NCBI GenBank assembly: GCA_963797095.1 | Contig: CAWCNY010000003.1 | Span: 1,024,001 to 1,088,000, forward strand | Length of the DNA stretch: 64,000 nt | From: an uncultured Chloroflexia bacterium | Lineage (GTDB): Bacteria > Chloroflexota > Chloroflexia > QHBQ01 > JADMIH01 | Reading direction: 5' to 3' | Translations under genes and position numbers: made by a program | The notes under the pieces: model-generated | Database searches by the model: none | The model's input: the letters and a program-made list of their open reading frames with translations, nothing else | Told to the model about the DNA's origin: nothing | Shown: piece by piece, positions 17,986 to 28,602 of the stretch | Position numbering within the stretch: position 1 is the first letter of the stretch | How the letters are laid out: each line of letters opens with the position of its first letter

Positions 17986-18913
17986 CGCTCGGCGTCGTTG
18001 TGGTTGTTGTTACTTTGGTGGTCGTGGTCGTTGTCGTGGTGGTTATCGGGGGGAGGCCCATATCGGCTCGCAGGTCGCGCCTGATCAGGCTGAATACAGC
18101 TCCCAGGATCAGCGCCGCGAAGATGGTGCCAAGGATCAAAGACGGCCACGGATTGTACCCGCCGGTTGAGCCTGGTGTGAGTTGAATGCCTGCCTGGCTG
18201 ATCTCTCCACTGAGCCAGTAGAATAGCCCGTACAATACGGCGGCCAATGTTATTCCGACGGCCATCCACCACACGCGCTTGGGGTCGAACTTGTCGCGCC
18301 CCAGGAAATACCCGATCAATGCGCCCAACGCCCCATGTACCATCTGCGTCACTACAATACGGATCACGCCCGCTTGCAGGTCCACGCCTCCGCTCGACAC
18401 AACGGTGATGATATTGAGCATGGCCGCATAGCCGAGGCCCGCAGCCGAGCCGTAGATCACGCCGTCAAGCCGCTGGTCGAACTCGCTTGAATAGAAAATG
18501 CTGAAGCGCACCGTCGCGTAGATCAGGAAGGCCGTAATGAAGCCGACGATCAGGATCGAGCCAAGGATCTCGGTAACCGTGTCCCTGCCCAGCCACTGGC
18601 CGACTTTGAAGTAGCCCTGGACCAGCGGCTGGCCTATGGTAGCGGCAAGCAGGCCCGCCAGCACAGCCACTCCTATCACATATTGCTTCGGCTCCGGTTC
18701 GAGCCGGTCCTGAGAGTAGAATATAGACAGCCAGATAGCGGCAGGTATCAGCGCCAGCAATAGGCTCACCAGCCCCAGCCAGAACCCACTTAGCTGCGGG
18801 TTGAAGATCCAGGCGATGAGCTCCACTATGCCGACGAACACAAGCAGCCCTATCAGATAGGACAGCTCCGTTCGCCACACGCTGAGCCTGTTCCGAACAA
18901 CACTCATGTTCAT
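17981..18913 (-). CDS. PrsW-like intramembrane protein with degenerate catalytic motifs
   Basis: 'QDRLEPEP', 'EFDQRLDGVIYGSAAGLGYA', 'HGALGALIGYFLG'; the EExxK position reads 'TAFLI'. Confidence 0.82.
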   Translation of the reverse strand: MNMSVVRNRLSVWRTELSYLIGLLVFVGIVELIAWIFNPQLSGFWLGLVSLLLALIPAAIWLSIFYSQDRLEPEPKQYVIGVAVLAGLLAATIGQPLVQGYFKVGQWLGRDTVTEILGSILIVGFITAFLIYATVRFSIFYSSEFDQRLDGVIYGSAAGLGYAAMLNIITVVSSGGVDLQAGVIRIVVTQMVHGALGALIGYFLGRDKFDPKRVWWMAVGITLAAVLYGLFYWLSGEISQAGIQLTPGSTGGYNPWPSLILGTIFAALILGAVFSLIRRDLRADMGLPPITTTTTTTTTKVTTTTTTPSA

Positions 18914-19238
18914 AACTCTCCTCCTCTACACAACATGCTTCCACTGCCGGCCTGGTCAGGTCAGTAGCGAGGGGGAACGGGCCGGCCCACGCGCGAAGGC
19001 GTTGCACGTGAATATGCCGTATATGTCACACCAGCTACGGCACAAGCGCGATACACGAGGATACCGTGGAATACGTACTGGCGCCACGCAATACACAGTA
19101 CCCGCAACACCCATAGTCGCTTCGTTTTGATTATACCAGGATTGCGCCCGTTATGATCGCACAAAAGGGATACAAAAAGCTATACAGGTTTATGCCAGCC
19201 GGTGTAGGTTGTCCCGGCCTGGATACCTTGTCTACTCC

Positions 19239-21779
19239 CTACTCCTGGCGGCTGGCATACCTGACCACCTCTTCAAGAGACATGCCCCCGCCAACCAGGG
19301 TGGCCGCTTTCCACCCCTCTTCGCCCAATTGCGTGCGGGCATCCTCCAGCGCTTCTTCATATGCTGCAACATTCGCCGGGTCGATTGGCGCCCCGCTTTC
19401 ATTGCGCAACCATTCCGCTGCTCCGTGCAGACGAGCTACCCGCGCCGGCAGCCCCATAGCCCTTGCCACCAGCGCCAGCCACTCCAGCGTTTCCGCCAGG
19501 CTTTGCTTAACGCCCAGTTCGTGGAATAACACCGCCGCCTCTTCCAGATACGCCTGCGCTTTCTCATATGCATCCAGCTTGAAAGCTGCTTCCCCCGCGA
19601 TACCCAGCGCAAACGCAGCCCCCATTCTGTCTCCAAGCTCCCGTGCAAGCGCCAGGTTCTCCACCGTATATCTCAGCGCCCCTTCGTAATCACCCTCTGC
19701 GAACGTAGTCGCCGCAACATTATTTAGCGCGATCAGCACCCCTCTCTCATCGTTCATCTGCCGGTGTATGGCCAGGCTCTCCGTCACCAGCTCGCGTGCC
19801 CGCCCGTAGTCCCCCTGGATAGCCGCCACCATAGATGCATTATTGAGCGCTGCTCCCACTCCCATCCTGTCCCCAATCTCCCGGCGCAGCTCCGCGCTCT
19901 CCAGGTAGAGTGCCATCGCCTCCTCGTACTTTCCCTCTGCCTGCGCCACGATCCCCAGGTTGTTCTCGGTGCTCGCCAAATCCGCCTTATTCCCCAGTTC
20001 ACGCCTCAATGCCAGGCTTTCCGACAGCAGTCGCTCGGCTTCCACAAGATCCCCCTGAAACTGAGCCAGCGTGCCCGCGGCATGCAAAGCAAAAGCCTTG
20101 TGGGCGGGCAGTATATCGCTCCCCTCGCTTCCGTCCAACGCCCTCGCCAGCCAGCGCCTCCCCTCGCTCAAGCTCCCCTGGTAATACCAGAAGCGCCACA
20201 GAGCCGCCGCCATGCGCACGGCCATCTCCCATTCTCCCCTCTCAAGTGCCCACGATTGAGCCGCGCGCAAGTCATCGCGAGCCTCTGCCAGCCTCGCCAG
20301 CCATAGCTCCCTTTCCTGGCTGCCCTGCACGTGTGGTAATGACGCTTCGGCCATCTCCATGAAATAAAGTGCATGCCTCCTCTGCATTGCCTCTATCTCT
20401 CCATTAGCTGCCATCTCCTCCACGGCAAACTCGCGCAAAGTAGCCAGCATCGCGAACCGTGTATCGTTGCTTTGCTCCTTCTCTCCCACCGCCCTGTAGC
20501 GCCCTATCAGGCTTACATCGATCAGTGCTGCGATCTCCTCCAACGTCGCGTCCGCTATCGTTTCCGCCGCCTGGAGGGTGAAAGGCGCGACGAATACCCC
20601 CAGCTTCCTGTACAGGTGCTGCTCGTCCGGCTCGAGCAGGTCGTAGCTCGATTGGATAGCGCCATGCAGGCTTTGCCGCCGTCCCGACAGGTCGCGCGGC
20701 CCGCCCGTCAGGAGCGCGAGTCGGTGTTCAAGCCTCACAAGCAAGTCGCCCGGTGAAAGGAGCTTGATCTTGCTCGCTGCAAGCTCTATCGAGAGGGGCA
20801 GCCCTTCCAGTCGCCTGCAAATCTCCGCTATGGTGTCTGCATTGGCGCGGGAAAGGGCGAAGTCGCGATCCACGTCTTGCGCGCGCTCCACGAATAGTGC
20901 CACAGAGTCCACCTTACTCAATTCCTCCAGTGACATCGACGCTGCAGCATCGGGTACGGCCAGGGGTGGCACCGGCAGTTCCTTTTCACCCCGCAGGCGC
21001 AGCGGTATACGGCTGGTAATCAGTATCTTAAGCTGGTGCGTTGACGAAAGAAGCTCTGCGATGAAGGTGGCAGCTTCGGCCACCTGCTCGAAGTTGTTGA
21101 GCAAAAGGAGCATGGCTCTGGTGCGCAGGTGCTCTTTCAGCGCTTCGCCAATCTCCTGGTTGGGGGCTGCCCGCACGTCCAACCGTTGGGCTATGGTGCC
21201 TGCTACCAGCGCAGGATCGCTGATCGGAGCCAGCGGCACAAAGCGCACCCCATCCTCAAAGTCATCCTGCAGGGCTGCTGCCCCTGCCAGCGCCAGCCGC
21301 GTCTTGCCTATACCCGGAGGGCCGGTGAGGGTCACCAGGCGCGTTGTGGCCCGCCATAGCAGCGAGCGCACCACCGCGACCTCGCGCTCGCGTCCAACCA
21401 GCGGCGTTAGCGATACAGGCAAGTCCGAACGCGCTCCCCTGGGCGCTTCAGTAACCGCCTGGATAGGCTCAGTAGCGGGCGCGGGTGCCGAGACAGAGGC
21501 CGAGACAGAGTAGGTAGCGGTGGCAGCAATGCCGGGCGGTATCGACGCCATATTGGCATCTCTTGCCCACATAATGAAATTGGAAAGCTCTTCCGCAGGG
21601 ATAGACAGGTGAGAAGCTAGCAATTCGGCAACCTGGCGCGATGGACGTCGGCGGCCCGCCTCCATTTTGCGCACCATATCAACCGAGCACCCAATAGCCT
21701 CGGCAAGCCCTTCCTGAGTGAGATCTAGTGCCCTTCGTCGCTGCTTCAGCCAGCGCCCGAAGGTGGCCTCTACATCCAT
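19239..21779 (-). CDS. XRE-HTH / STAND ATPase / TPR regulator
   Basis: N-terminal HTH 'LTQEGLAEAIGCS', 'LVGRERE', Walker A 'GPPGIGKT', 'GLPLSIELAA', TPR repeats. Confidence 0.9.
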   Translation of the reverse strand: MDVEATFGRWLKQRRRALDLTQEGLAEAIGCSVDMVRKMEAGRRRPSRQVAELLASHLSIPAEELSNFIMWARDANMASIPPGIAATATYSVSASVSAPAPATEPIQAVTEAPRGARSDLPVSLTPLVGREREVAVVRSLLWRATTRLVTLTGPPGIGKTRLALAGAAALQDDFEDGVRFVPLAPISDPALVAGTIAQRLDVRAAPNQEIGEALKEHLRTRAMLLLLNNFEQVAEAATFIAELLSSTHQLKILITSRIPLRLRGEKELPVPPLAVPDAAASMSLEELSKVDSVALFVERAQDVDRDFALSRANADTIAEICRRLEGLPLSIELAASKIKLLSPGDLLVRLEHRLALLTGGPRDLSGRRQSLHGAIQSSYDLLEPDEQHLYRKLGVFVAPFTLQAAETIADATLEEIAALIDVSLIGRYRAVGEKEQSNDTRFAMLATLREFAVEEMAANGEIEAMQRRHALYFMEMAEASLPHVQGSQERELWLARLAEARDDLRAAQSWALERGEWEMAVRMAAALWRFWYYQGSLSEGRRWLARALDGSEGSDILPAHKAFALHAAGTLAQFQGDLVEAERLLSESLALRRELGNKADLASTENNLGIVAQAEGKYEEAMALYLESAELRREIGDRMGVGAALNNASMVAAIQGDYGRARELVTESLAIHRQMNDERGVLIALNNVAATTFAEGDYEGALRYTVENLALARELGDRMGAAFALGIAGEAAFKLDAYEKAQAYLEEAAVLFHELGVKQSLAETLEWLALVARAMGLPARVARLHGAAEWLRNESGAPIDPANVAAYEEALEDARTQLGEEGWKAATLVGGGMSLEEVVRYASRQE

Positions 21780-21911
21780 ATCGGCATCGATAAAGTGATT
21801 GGTGACGAGTGATACCTGAAGCTAAAGGACACTTGGCAAAAATACGCAATACGCACTCACCGCCTATCGCGCCTGCCCCTTCCCTACCGATTATATCACC
21901 TGTCCGGTAGC

Positions 21912-23921
21912 CTAATCGGCCAGCACCTCGTATATCGTCTCAAGAAAATATCCAACATCCAGCGGCTTCGTGATGTAAGCGTGGATATTCAGCTCCGGCG
22001 GCAGGTTGGCGTGAGCCTGCGATTGCTCTGCGGTCAGCATAATCACCGGTATATCCCTTGTGATAGGGTCCTCGCGCAACTTCTGGAGCACCTCTTTGCC
22101 CGACATATCGGGGAGGTGGAGATCGAGCAGGATCAGATCGGGCACGTGCAGCCGCGCCAGGTCCAGCCCCAGGCCCCCCTGCATCGCAGACATAAGCTGC
22201 AAGCTCGGGAAATGCCCCAGAATACGCTCTACCAACTTCAGGTTCGACAGATTGTCCTCGATATATAGCAGATTGCGCGGTTTGTCGATCTGCATCAGGT
22301 GCAACGGCCCCGTCATCAGGTGCGTCTGTTCCTCGACCTGCTCCGCCACCTTCGGCAGCTCTACCCAGAAGGTGCTCCCTTCCCCCTCCTTGCTGTCAGC
22401 CCCGATCGTGCCGCCCATCGTCTGAACCAGGTGCTTCGAGAGCGCAAGCCCCAGCCCCGTCCCCTCAATCCCCGACTGTTCAATGCCAAGTCTCTCGAAG
22501 GGCGTAAACAGCCGTCCTACCTTATCCTGTGCTATCCCCCGCCCAGTGTCGGCCACGCTTATCCGCAGGGTCCCCGCTGCGGCTATCTCGCCCTCCTCGC
22601 GCGCAGGTTGGCCCTGGCCCTCCACGCACGTGATCGTCACCTTTCCCCCCGCCAGGTTGTACTTGATCGAGTTCGACAGCAAATTCAGGATCACCTGCTT
22701 CAGCCGGTGCCGGTCCGCCAGCACATACCCTTCGTGCACCTGCCCGATGTCGTAGCGAAGCTGCACCCGGTGCGATCCCGCCATTGTTCCAAGCATCCGC
22801 ACGCACTCCCCCAGCAACTCCCGCACATTCACAGGCTCCACAGATATCGAAAGCTTCCCCAACTCTATCCGCGAAATATCGAGCACCTCATCTATCAGGT
22901 TAAGCAGGTGCTTCCCCGCCTTCATAATGTAATCGAGGCTCTCCTCTTGCTCAGGGCTTAACCCCTCCATCTTTAAAAGCTGGGCGAAACCGAGGATCGA
23001 GTTGAGCGGCGTGCGAAGCTCGTGGCTCATACGCGAGAGGAATTCGGTCTTGGCGATGTTGGCGTTCCTGGCGGCCTCCATCGCCAGTTTCACCTCTTCC
23101 GCGTGTTTGCGCTCCGTAATGTCCCTCGCCAGGCTCACTATCCCGCTGGCGTTCCCTTCCACATCATACAGCACAACCGCGTTCTGCTCCGTGGGAAAAC
23201 TCGTCCCGTCCGCCAGGTTGCGCAACGAAAACTCCACATTCCTGATGCTGCCGCTCTCATGCAGCATTTGCAGCATTTGAGCCACCCGCTCAACCTCCTC
23301 CGGTACATACAGAGCGGTAAGGTCGGCCCCGATCATAGCTTCCGGGCTATCAAACCCGTGCATCTTTGCCGCTTGCGGGTTAGCCAGCATTACCCTTCCA
23401 TCCGCGTCCGCCATCACCAGCAGGTCGGGCAATATCTCGAACAGGCTCCTGTAACGCGCTGCCGTCGTGCGCCGCTCCCGTTCGCTTTGCCTCCGCTCGA
23501 TTGCATACCGGATAGCACGCTCCAGCAATGGCCCGTCTATATGTCCCTTAACCAGGTAATCCTGCGCCCCATGCTGGATAGCCTCCAATCCCAGCGCCTC
23601 GTCGTCCAAACCCGTCAGCACGATTATCGGTAGATCGGGTGCCTGAGAGTATAACCGGGTGATGGTGTCAAGCCCTTGCGAGTCTGGCAGGGAAAGGTCG
23701 AGCAAAGCAGCGTCTACAGGTTGCGAATTCAGGACGGCTATGGCGTCCGACAAACGCTCGGCATTCTGTATCTCTATTGAGACCGATTTCACGTCGGAGA
23801 GGAACACGTTGATCAGGCGAGCGTCACCGGGATTGTCTTCCACCACCATCAATCTGATTGAGACGGTGGGGTAAGCCCCACTTGCATACCCGCTAATTCC
23901 TAGATTTCCATCAATTTCCAT
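21912..23921 (-). CDS. Hybrid sensor histidine kinase (REC-PAS-HisKA-HATPase-REC)
   Basis: 'VEDN...LLDLSLPD', PAS, 'MSHELRTPLN', 'NLLSNSIKYN', 'GTGLGL', C-terminal REC; start uncertain. Confidence 0.92.
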   Translation of the reverse strand: MEIDGNLGISGYASGAYPTVSIRLMVVEDNPGDARLINVFLSDVKSVSIEIQNAERLSDAIAVLNSQPVDAALLDLSLPDSQGLDTITRLYSQAPDLPIIVLTGLDDEALGLEAIQHGAQDYLVKGHIDGPLLERAIRYAIERRQSERERRTTAARYRSLFEILPDLLVMADADGRVMLANPQAAKMHGFDSPEAMIGADLTALYVPEEVERVAQMLQMLHESGSIRNVEFSLRNLADGTSFPTEQNAVVLYDVEGNASGIVSLARDITERKHAEEVKLAMEAARNANIAKTEFLSRMSHELRTPLNSILGFAQLLKMEGLSPEQEESLDYIMKAGKHLLNLIDEVLDISRIELGKLSISVEPVNVRELLGECVRMLGTMAGSHRVQLRYDIGQVHEGYVLADRHRLKQVILNLLSNSIKYNLAGGKVTITCVEGQGQPAREEGEIAAAGTLRISVADTGRGIAQDKVGRLFTPFERLGIEQSGIEGTGLGLALSKHLVQTMGGTIGADSKEGEGSTFWVELPKVAEQVEEQTHLMTGPLHLMQIDKPRNLLYIEDNLSNLKLVERILGHFPSLQLMSAMQGGLGLDLARLHVPDLILLDLHLPDMSGKEVLQKLREDPITRDIPVIMLTAEQSQAHANLPPELNIHAYITKPLDVGYFLETIYEVLAD

Positions 23922-23943
23922 TAGAGACCATCTCCAAACCCCC

Positions 23944-24465
23944 TCATTCGGCGGGCAATTTCACGATCCTCAACCAGAAACTCTCTATTGACTGCACAAC
24001 CGTCATAAACTGCTCAAGCTCCACAGGCTTCACCACGTAGCAGTTGGCGTGCAAGTTATAGCTCTTCAAGATATCCTGCTCGGCCTGCGAGGTGGTCAAC
24101 ACCACTACCGGGATGCGCTTTAGACTGTCGTCTGCCTTGATCTCGGTAAGCACCTCCCGGCCATCCTTCTTTGGCAGGTTAAGGTCCAGCAGAATCAGGT
24201 CGGGGCGGGGCGAGTTGGCGTACTTCCCTTCGCGGCGCAAGAAAGCCAGCGCCTCCACGCCGTCTCTGGCTACACTCAAAGTGTTGAGTATCTTCCCCTC
24301 TTTGAGCGCCTCCACCGTCAGCCGGATATCTCCCGCGCTGTCCTCAACGAGCAAGATGTCTATAGGCGCAGCCATGCCCATCGACCTCGCCTGGTCGGCT
24401 GTGAGTTGCGCACGATAAACCTCAGGTTGTGATGCTTCCATCAATTCCTGCTGTCCATACATCAT
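23944..24465 (-). CDS. Single-domain response regulator (Rcp1-like)
   Basis: 'ILLVED', '[11 protein letters not shown]', 'LTTS', 'ANCYVVKP', 'FW'; the start may be further downstream. Confidence 0.9.
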   Translation of the reverse strand: MMYGQQELMEASQPEVYRAQLTADQARSMGMAAPIDILLVEDSAGDIRLTVEALKEGKILNTLSVARDGVEALAFLRREGKYANSPRPDLILLDLNLPKKDGREVLTEIKADDSLKRIPVVVLTTSQAEQDILKSYNLHANCYVVKPVELEQFMTVVQSIESFWLRIVKLPAE

Positions 24466-24521
24466 TTTTCCGCCCTCCAAATATTTATTGATACGTTGGC
24501 CCTTGTTCATCCAATTTATTA

Positions 24522-26027
24522 TCACCGCGCACCCAGGCGAATACCGGCTCTTGCGCGGCGCTTGGGCTCAGGCAAAGGCACAGCCGGTGCGCTGGTTTGC
24601 GTCTCCTCTTGCTTGACCGGCAGCGTGAAACTGAAGGTAGAGCCTTTCCCCGGCTCCGACTTTACCCAGATCCGCCCTCCATGCCTCTCCACCACCCGCT
24701 TGCAAATCGCCAGCCCTATGCCCGTACCCGGATACTCGTCCCTGGTGTGCAGCCTCTGGAAGATTATGAACACCCGATCCGCATATTGCGGGTCGATCCC
24801 CAGGCCGTTATCGTGCACCGAGATCAGCCATTCCTTATCCTGTTTCCTGGCTTTGATCTCTATGTGAGGGGCCTCCTTTCCCTTGAACTTGATGGCGTTG
24901 CCTATCAGGTTCTGGAAAAGCTGCACCATCTGAGTGCTGTCGGCCATTATCATCGGCAAATCGTCATGGGTTACGACCACGCCCGATTCCTCTATAGCGA
25001 CATGCAGATTGCCAAGCGCCTGCTCAAGCACATCGTTGCAATCGGTTGGAGCGAATGGCTTGCCCTTTGTGCCTACCCTGGAGTATGCCAGCAGGTCGTT
25101 GATAAGCCCCTGCATTCTGTTCGCTCCATCTACCGCGAATGAGATAAAGTCGTCCGCATCAGAGTCAAGCTTGCCTTTGTAGCGTCTGGCCAGCAATTGC
25201 GTGTAGCTGGCAACCATCCGCAACGGCTCTTGCAGGTCGTGCGAAGCCACATACGCGAACTGCTGAAGCTCCTCGTTGGAGCGTGTAAGTTCATGGTTAA
25301 TCTCTTCCAACTGCTGGGTGCGCTCAAGAACCCGCTGCTCAAGCTCCTGGTTCAGGACGCGTAGATTTTCCTCTGCCTTTTTGCGCGCCCGGCTGTCTCG
25401 CCTGATCATGAAATAGCCTGAGACCAGCAGGATGATCATTACCACCAGCAATATGAAGAAAGTGCCCCTGGCGCGCTTGCTCGTGTTGTCGTTGTCGTCT
25501 GCGTAGTTAGTCAGTAAAGTGTTCTCGTGGGCTTGCATCTCACCGAGAACCTGGCGGATGTCGTCCATGAACCCCTTGCCGACCCCGGCGGCTACCGCCT
25601 GCTGAGCAGCCTCCGCCCCCTGCGTGCGCCTTATATCGATCACTCTTTGTAATTCGCTAAGCTTATCGCTAACCGAGGTCTTGAGGCTTACGATGCGTGC
25701 CTGCTGGTATGGGTCATCCGCAGTGAGGTCGAGAAGACCCTGTATCTTCCCGTCTACGAGAGATATAGCTGCCTGGTAGGGTTCCAGGAAGCTTTCGTCT
25801 CCCGTGATGACATATCCGCGCTGCCCCGTCTCAGCGTCGGTCATGGTAGACAGCACATCCCCAATCTGGTTGATAACCTGTTGGCTGTGCGATACCTGGC
25901 GGCTGGTTTCGATCAGGTTGTTGATGCTGTTATAAGCTACCGTCTCTACTACCAGCACAATAAAAACGATAAGTCCGAAGCTTGCGAGGATCTTTCTTTC
26001 TATGGGCCACTTGAAAGGAGATTTCAT
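24522..26027 (-). CDS. CHASE3 domain sensor histidine kinase
   Basis: 'DAETGQRGY' (CHASE3), two TM, '[14 protein letters not shown]', 'NLIGNAIKF', 'GTGIGLA'. Confidence 0.94.
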   Translation of the reverse strand: MKSPFKWPIERKILASFGLIVFIVLVVETVAYNSINNLIETSRQVSHSQQVINQIGDVLSTMTDAETGQRGYVITGDESFLEPYQAAISLVDGKIQGLLDLTADDPYQQARIVSLKTSVSDKLSELQRVIDIRRTQGAEAAQQAVAAGVGKGFMDDIRQVLGEMQAHENTLLTNYADDNDNTSKRARGTFFILLVVMIILLVSGYFMIRRDSRARKKAEENLRVLNQELEQRVLERTQQLEEINHELTRSNEELQQFAYVASHDLQEPLRMVASYTQLLARRYKGKLDSDADDFISFAVDGANRMQGLINDLLAYSRVGTKGKPFAPTDCNDVLEQALGNLHVAIEESGVVVTHDDLPMIMADSTQMVQLFQNLIGNAIKFKGKEAPHIEIKARKQDKEWLISVHDNGLGIDPQYADRVFIIFQRLHTRDEYPGTGIGLAICKRVVERHGGRIWVKSEPGKGSTFSFTLPVKQEETQTSAPAVPLPEPKRRARAGIRLGAR

Positions 26028-26223
26028 CTATTACTCACAGCTATGCTACATGGTCGGAAGACATGGCAGATAGGCCACATGGGAGGCAACTGAAGGGCTA
26101 GAGCGAAGTTATCGCGAATCAACGCAGGCGATACACTATGCCTTAACTATACACCCGCACTTACGTGAAATTATAGCACCGATTACACTGAAACGATTGC
26201 AAAATGTGCATAAGTAGGACCAT

Positions 26224-27393
26224 TTAGCTATTCTGCGATGAGACAAATGGGTCAGGTAACAGGCGCTCAAGCACTCCTGCCGGGCCAAGCCTGCGCCGGA
26301 TGTCGCGAAAACGCCTCTCACCGCGCACGATCCTGCATACCGCCTGCCAGAAGAATGGCACGTGTTTGGGGAGCAAATAGCACGCCCTCGGCACACTGAC
26401 GTATACACGCCACCACTTGCGGGCCGACAATAGATCGGGCATAAGGGCGGCATCCAACTGCTCTGTGTACCGCCCTTCCTGCCCCCTCGCGATGCACCGG
26501 GCCGCGATCTGCCCGCTCCTGATCGCCCAGTAGATCCCCTCGCCCGTGAACGCTTCCACCAGCCCCGCCGCGTCGCCCACGAGCAGGGCGCGGCCTCGCT
26601 GCACAGGTGCGCCGGGCCGCCTGCACGGCAGCAAATAGCCGTGGCTTCGTATCACCCTCTTGATGGAGTGACCGGGCACGCGGTTGGCCGTGTGCTTCTC
26701 GTCATACCTCTTAAGGTGGCTGCCGTAGTCGTCCACCATCGCCAGCCCACCCACCCCTACGCTCAGGTGATCGCCTTTGGGAAAGACCCACCCATACGAC
26801 GCCTTAAGCTCACCCAGGTCCAACCCTATTTTGTCGTGCCAGTACTCCATAACGGCAGGCTCTACTTCCACCTCGCTCTCGATGGCGGCCAGCGCCCATC
26901 TATCCGGCATGAGGTCGAGGTTGCGTGCCACGCGTCCTGTAGCCCCATCCGCGCCGATCAGGTAAGCCGCCTCCAGAGCGCCCTTTGTGGTATTGATAGT
27001 CGCACCACCTGGGTCGCAGGCCACCGTTTGCACCGTTACGCCGTCCATCACCTCGGCGCCGGCGCGCGCCGCCCTCTCGACAAGCAAATTGTCGAACCTG
27101 CTCCTCTGCACCATATACACAAGAGGGTTGTTGCTGTTTACGACGTAGGGCTGTTGCGTTCGCCAGCTAAAATCGACGCTGTAAAGCGTGCGCTCCGTCA
27201 CTTCGTCTATAGAGAAGGGGAGGGCGCGCGCCGCTTTATAGGTCACGCCCCCGCCGCACGTCTTGTACCTGGGTAGCTTCGCCTTCTCCACCAGCGCAGT
27301 GCGCAACCCTGCCCGCGCCAGCTCATAGGCCGCCGTCGCCCCCGAAGGCCCAGCGCCCACCACAATCGCATCGTAACGCCTGTTCTCTGCCAT
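26224..27393 (-). CDS. Geranylgeranyl reductase family FAD oxidoreductase
   Basis: 'VGAGPSG', 'PRYKTCGGG', 'YGWVFPKG', 'GDAAG...FTGEGI'. Confidence 0.92.
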   Translation of the reverse strand: MAENRRYDAIVVGAGPSGATAAYELARAGLRTALVEKAKLPRYKTCGGGVTYKAARALPFSIDEVTERTLYSVDFSWRTQQPYVVNSNNPLVYMVQRSRFDNLLVERAARAGAEVMDGVTVQTVACDPGGATINTTKGALEAAYLIGADGATGRVARNLDLMPDRWALAAIESEVEVEPAVMEYWHDKIGLDLGELKASYGWVFPKGDHLSVGVGGLAMVDDYGSHLKRYDEKHTANRVPGHSIKRVIRSHGYLLPCRRPGAPVQRGRALLVGDAAGLVEAFTGEGIYWAIRSGQIAARCIARGQEGRYTEQLDAALMPDLLSARKWWRVYVSVPRACYLLPKHVPFFWQAVCRIVRGERRFRDIRRRLGPAGVLERLLPDPFVSSQNS

Positions 27394-27501
27394 GCTATCC
27401 CTGATTCGTGAGGTCACCCACAAAAGGGTGACCTTACTGCACACGCACACCGCAGCACATCGCTAACGAAAATGTAGCAAGAAACGCACCAACCAGGAGG
27501 T

Positions 27502-27589
27502 TGTCACCCTGAACGAAGTGAAGGATCTCGCTCTCTAAGATCACCCTTGGGATGCCTTCCACGCCCAAGGGTATATGCGAAGGATGACA
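27502..27589. repeat. REP-like palindromic element
   Basis: TGTCACCCTGAACGAAGTGAAGGATCTC ... AGGATGACA inverted ends with an inner hairpin at 27543-27572. Confidence 0.6.
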
Positions 27590-27786
27590 GGCGATATGGG
27601 AGGGCGTTCTGCCATGTTTACATCAGCACAGCACCCAGTATAACGGTTTTGCCCCTGGAACGCAGGCTCCCGTTGCGACCCTGAACCGTGACCGCTTTGA
27701 ACCTGTATCTCTTGTGTATGCCGCTCAGCCTTCCATCGCACCCAACTGGATCGTAGAGGGCCACGACTTCCTTTGAGAGGATAACT

Positions 27787-28602
27787 ATGGACGTATCTCT
27801 TTTCGAATATGATCGCGACGCATCGCTTGATTTACGCAATGCAGGCAGCGCTACGGAGGACGGCGTCACTTCCCGGCTCTTCACTTACCTAACGTACCTA
27901 ACGCCCCACGGCACTCCCCGCGCCGCCGAATTGATCGGCCCCGACGATGAAGGCGTGCACCCTGCCATCCTGTACGTCCACTGGTTGGCCGAGACCCCCA
28001 ACGCCAACCGCACCCAGTTCATAGAGGAAGCCACCGAGATGGCGAAGCGCGGCGTGCTCTCCCTGCTGGTCGAGGCCATGTGGTCTGAGCAGGACTGGTT
28101 CATCAAACGCTCCCAGCAAGACGACTACGACAACTCGGTCAGGCAGGTGGTAGAACTGCGGCAGGCCATGGACATCCTCCTTTCGCAGCCCGGCGTTGAC
28201 CCCTCTCGCTTCGCCTACGTGGGGCACGATTTCGGGGCTATGTACGGCATTCTGATGGGCGCGCACGACCCCCGCCCTCGCTACTACGTGCTGATGGCCG
28301 CCACGCCCAGCTTCCCCGACTGGTATCTCTATTACCCCAGGCTCGAAGGAGAGGCGCGCGAAGACTTCAAGCGGAAGATGGCTCCGCTCGACCCGGTCAA
28401 TCACGTGGCCCATCTGTCGCCCGCGCCCCTGCTGTTCCAGTTCGCCACCCACGACGAGCATATCCCCAATGAGCGCGCCACCGAGTTCTACGAAGCCGCC
28501 GCCCAACCGAAAGAGGTGCGCTGGTACGAAGCAAGCCACGAATTGAACGACCAAGCCCGCCGCGACCGCATCGCCTGGCTCACCGAGCGATTGGGCCTCT
28601 GA
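27787..28602 (+). CDS. Alpha/beta hydrolase
   Basis: 'VDPSRFAYVGHDFG', 'PLLFQFATHD', 'WYEASHEL'. Confidence 0.85.
   Translation: MDVSLFEYDRDASLDLRNAGSATEDGVTSRLFTYLTYLTPHGTPRAAELIGPDDEGVHPAILYVHWLAETPNANRTQFIEEATEMAKRGVLSLLVEAMWSEQDWFIKRSQQDDYDNSVRQVVELRQAMDILLSQPGVDPSRFAYVGHDFGAMYGILMGAHDPRPRYYVLMAATPSFPDWYLYYPRLEGEAREDFKRKMAPLDPVNHVAHLSPAPLLFQFATHDEHIPNERATEFYEAAAQPKEVRWYEASHELNDQARRDRIAWLTERLGL

Noticed and set aside
19239-21779. Avs-type anti-phage STAND system
   Set aside because: The effector is an XRE HTH rather than a nuclease or similar; it matches a common regulator architecture and has no defence context
26224-27393. bchP/chlP indicating phototrophy
   Set aside because: Generic geranylgeranyl reductase family member with no photosynthesis genes nearby
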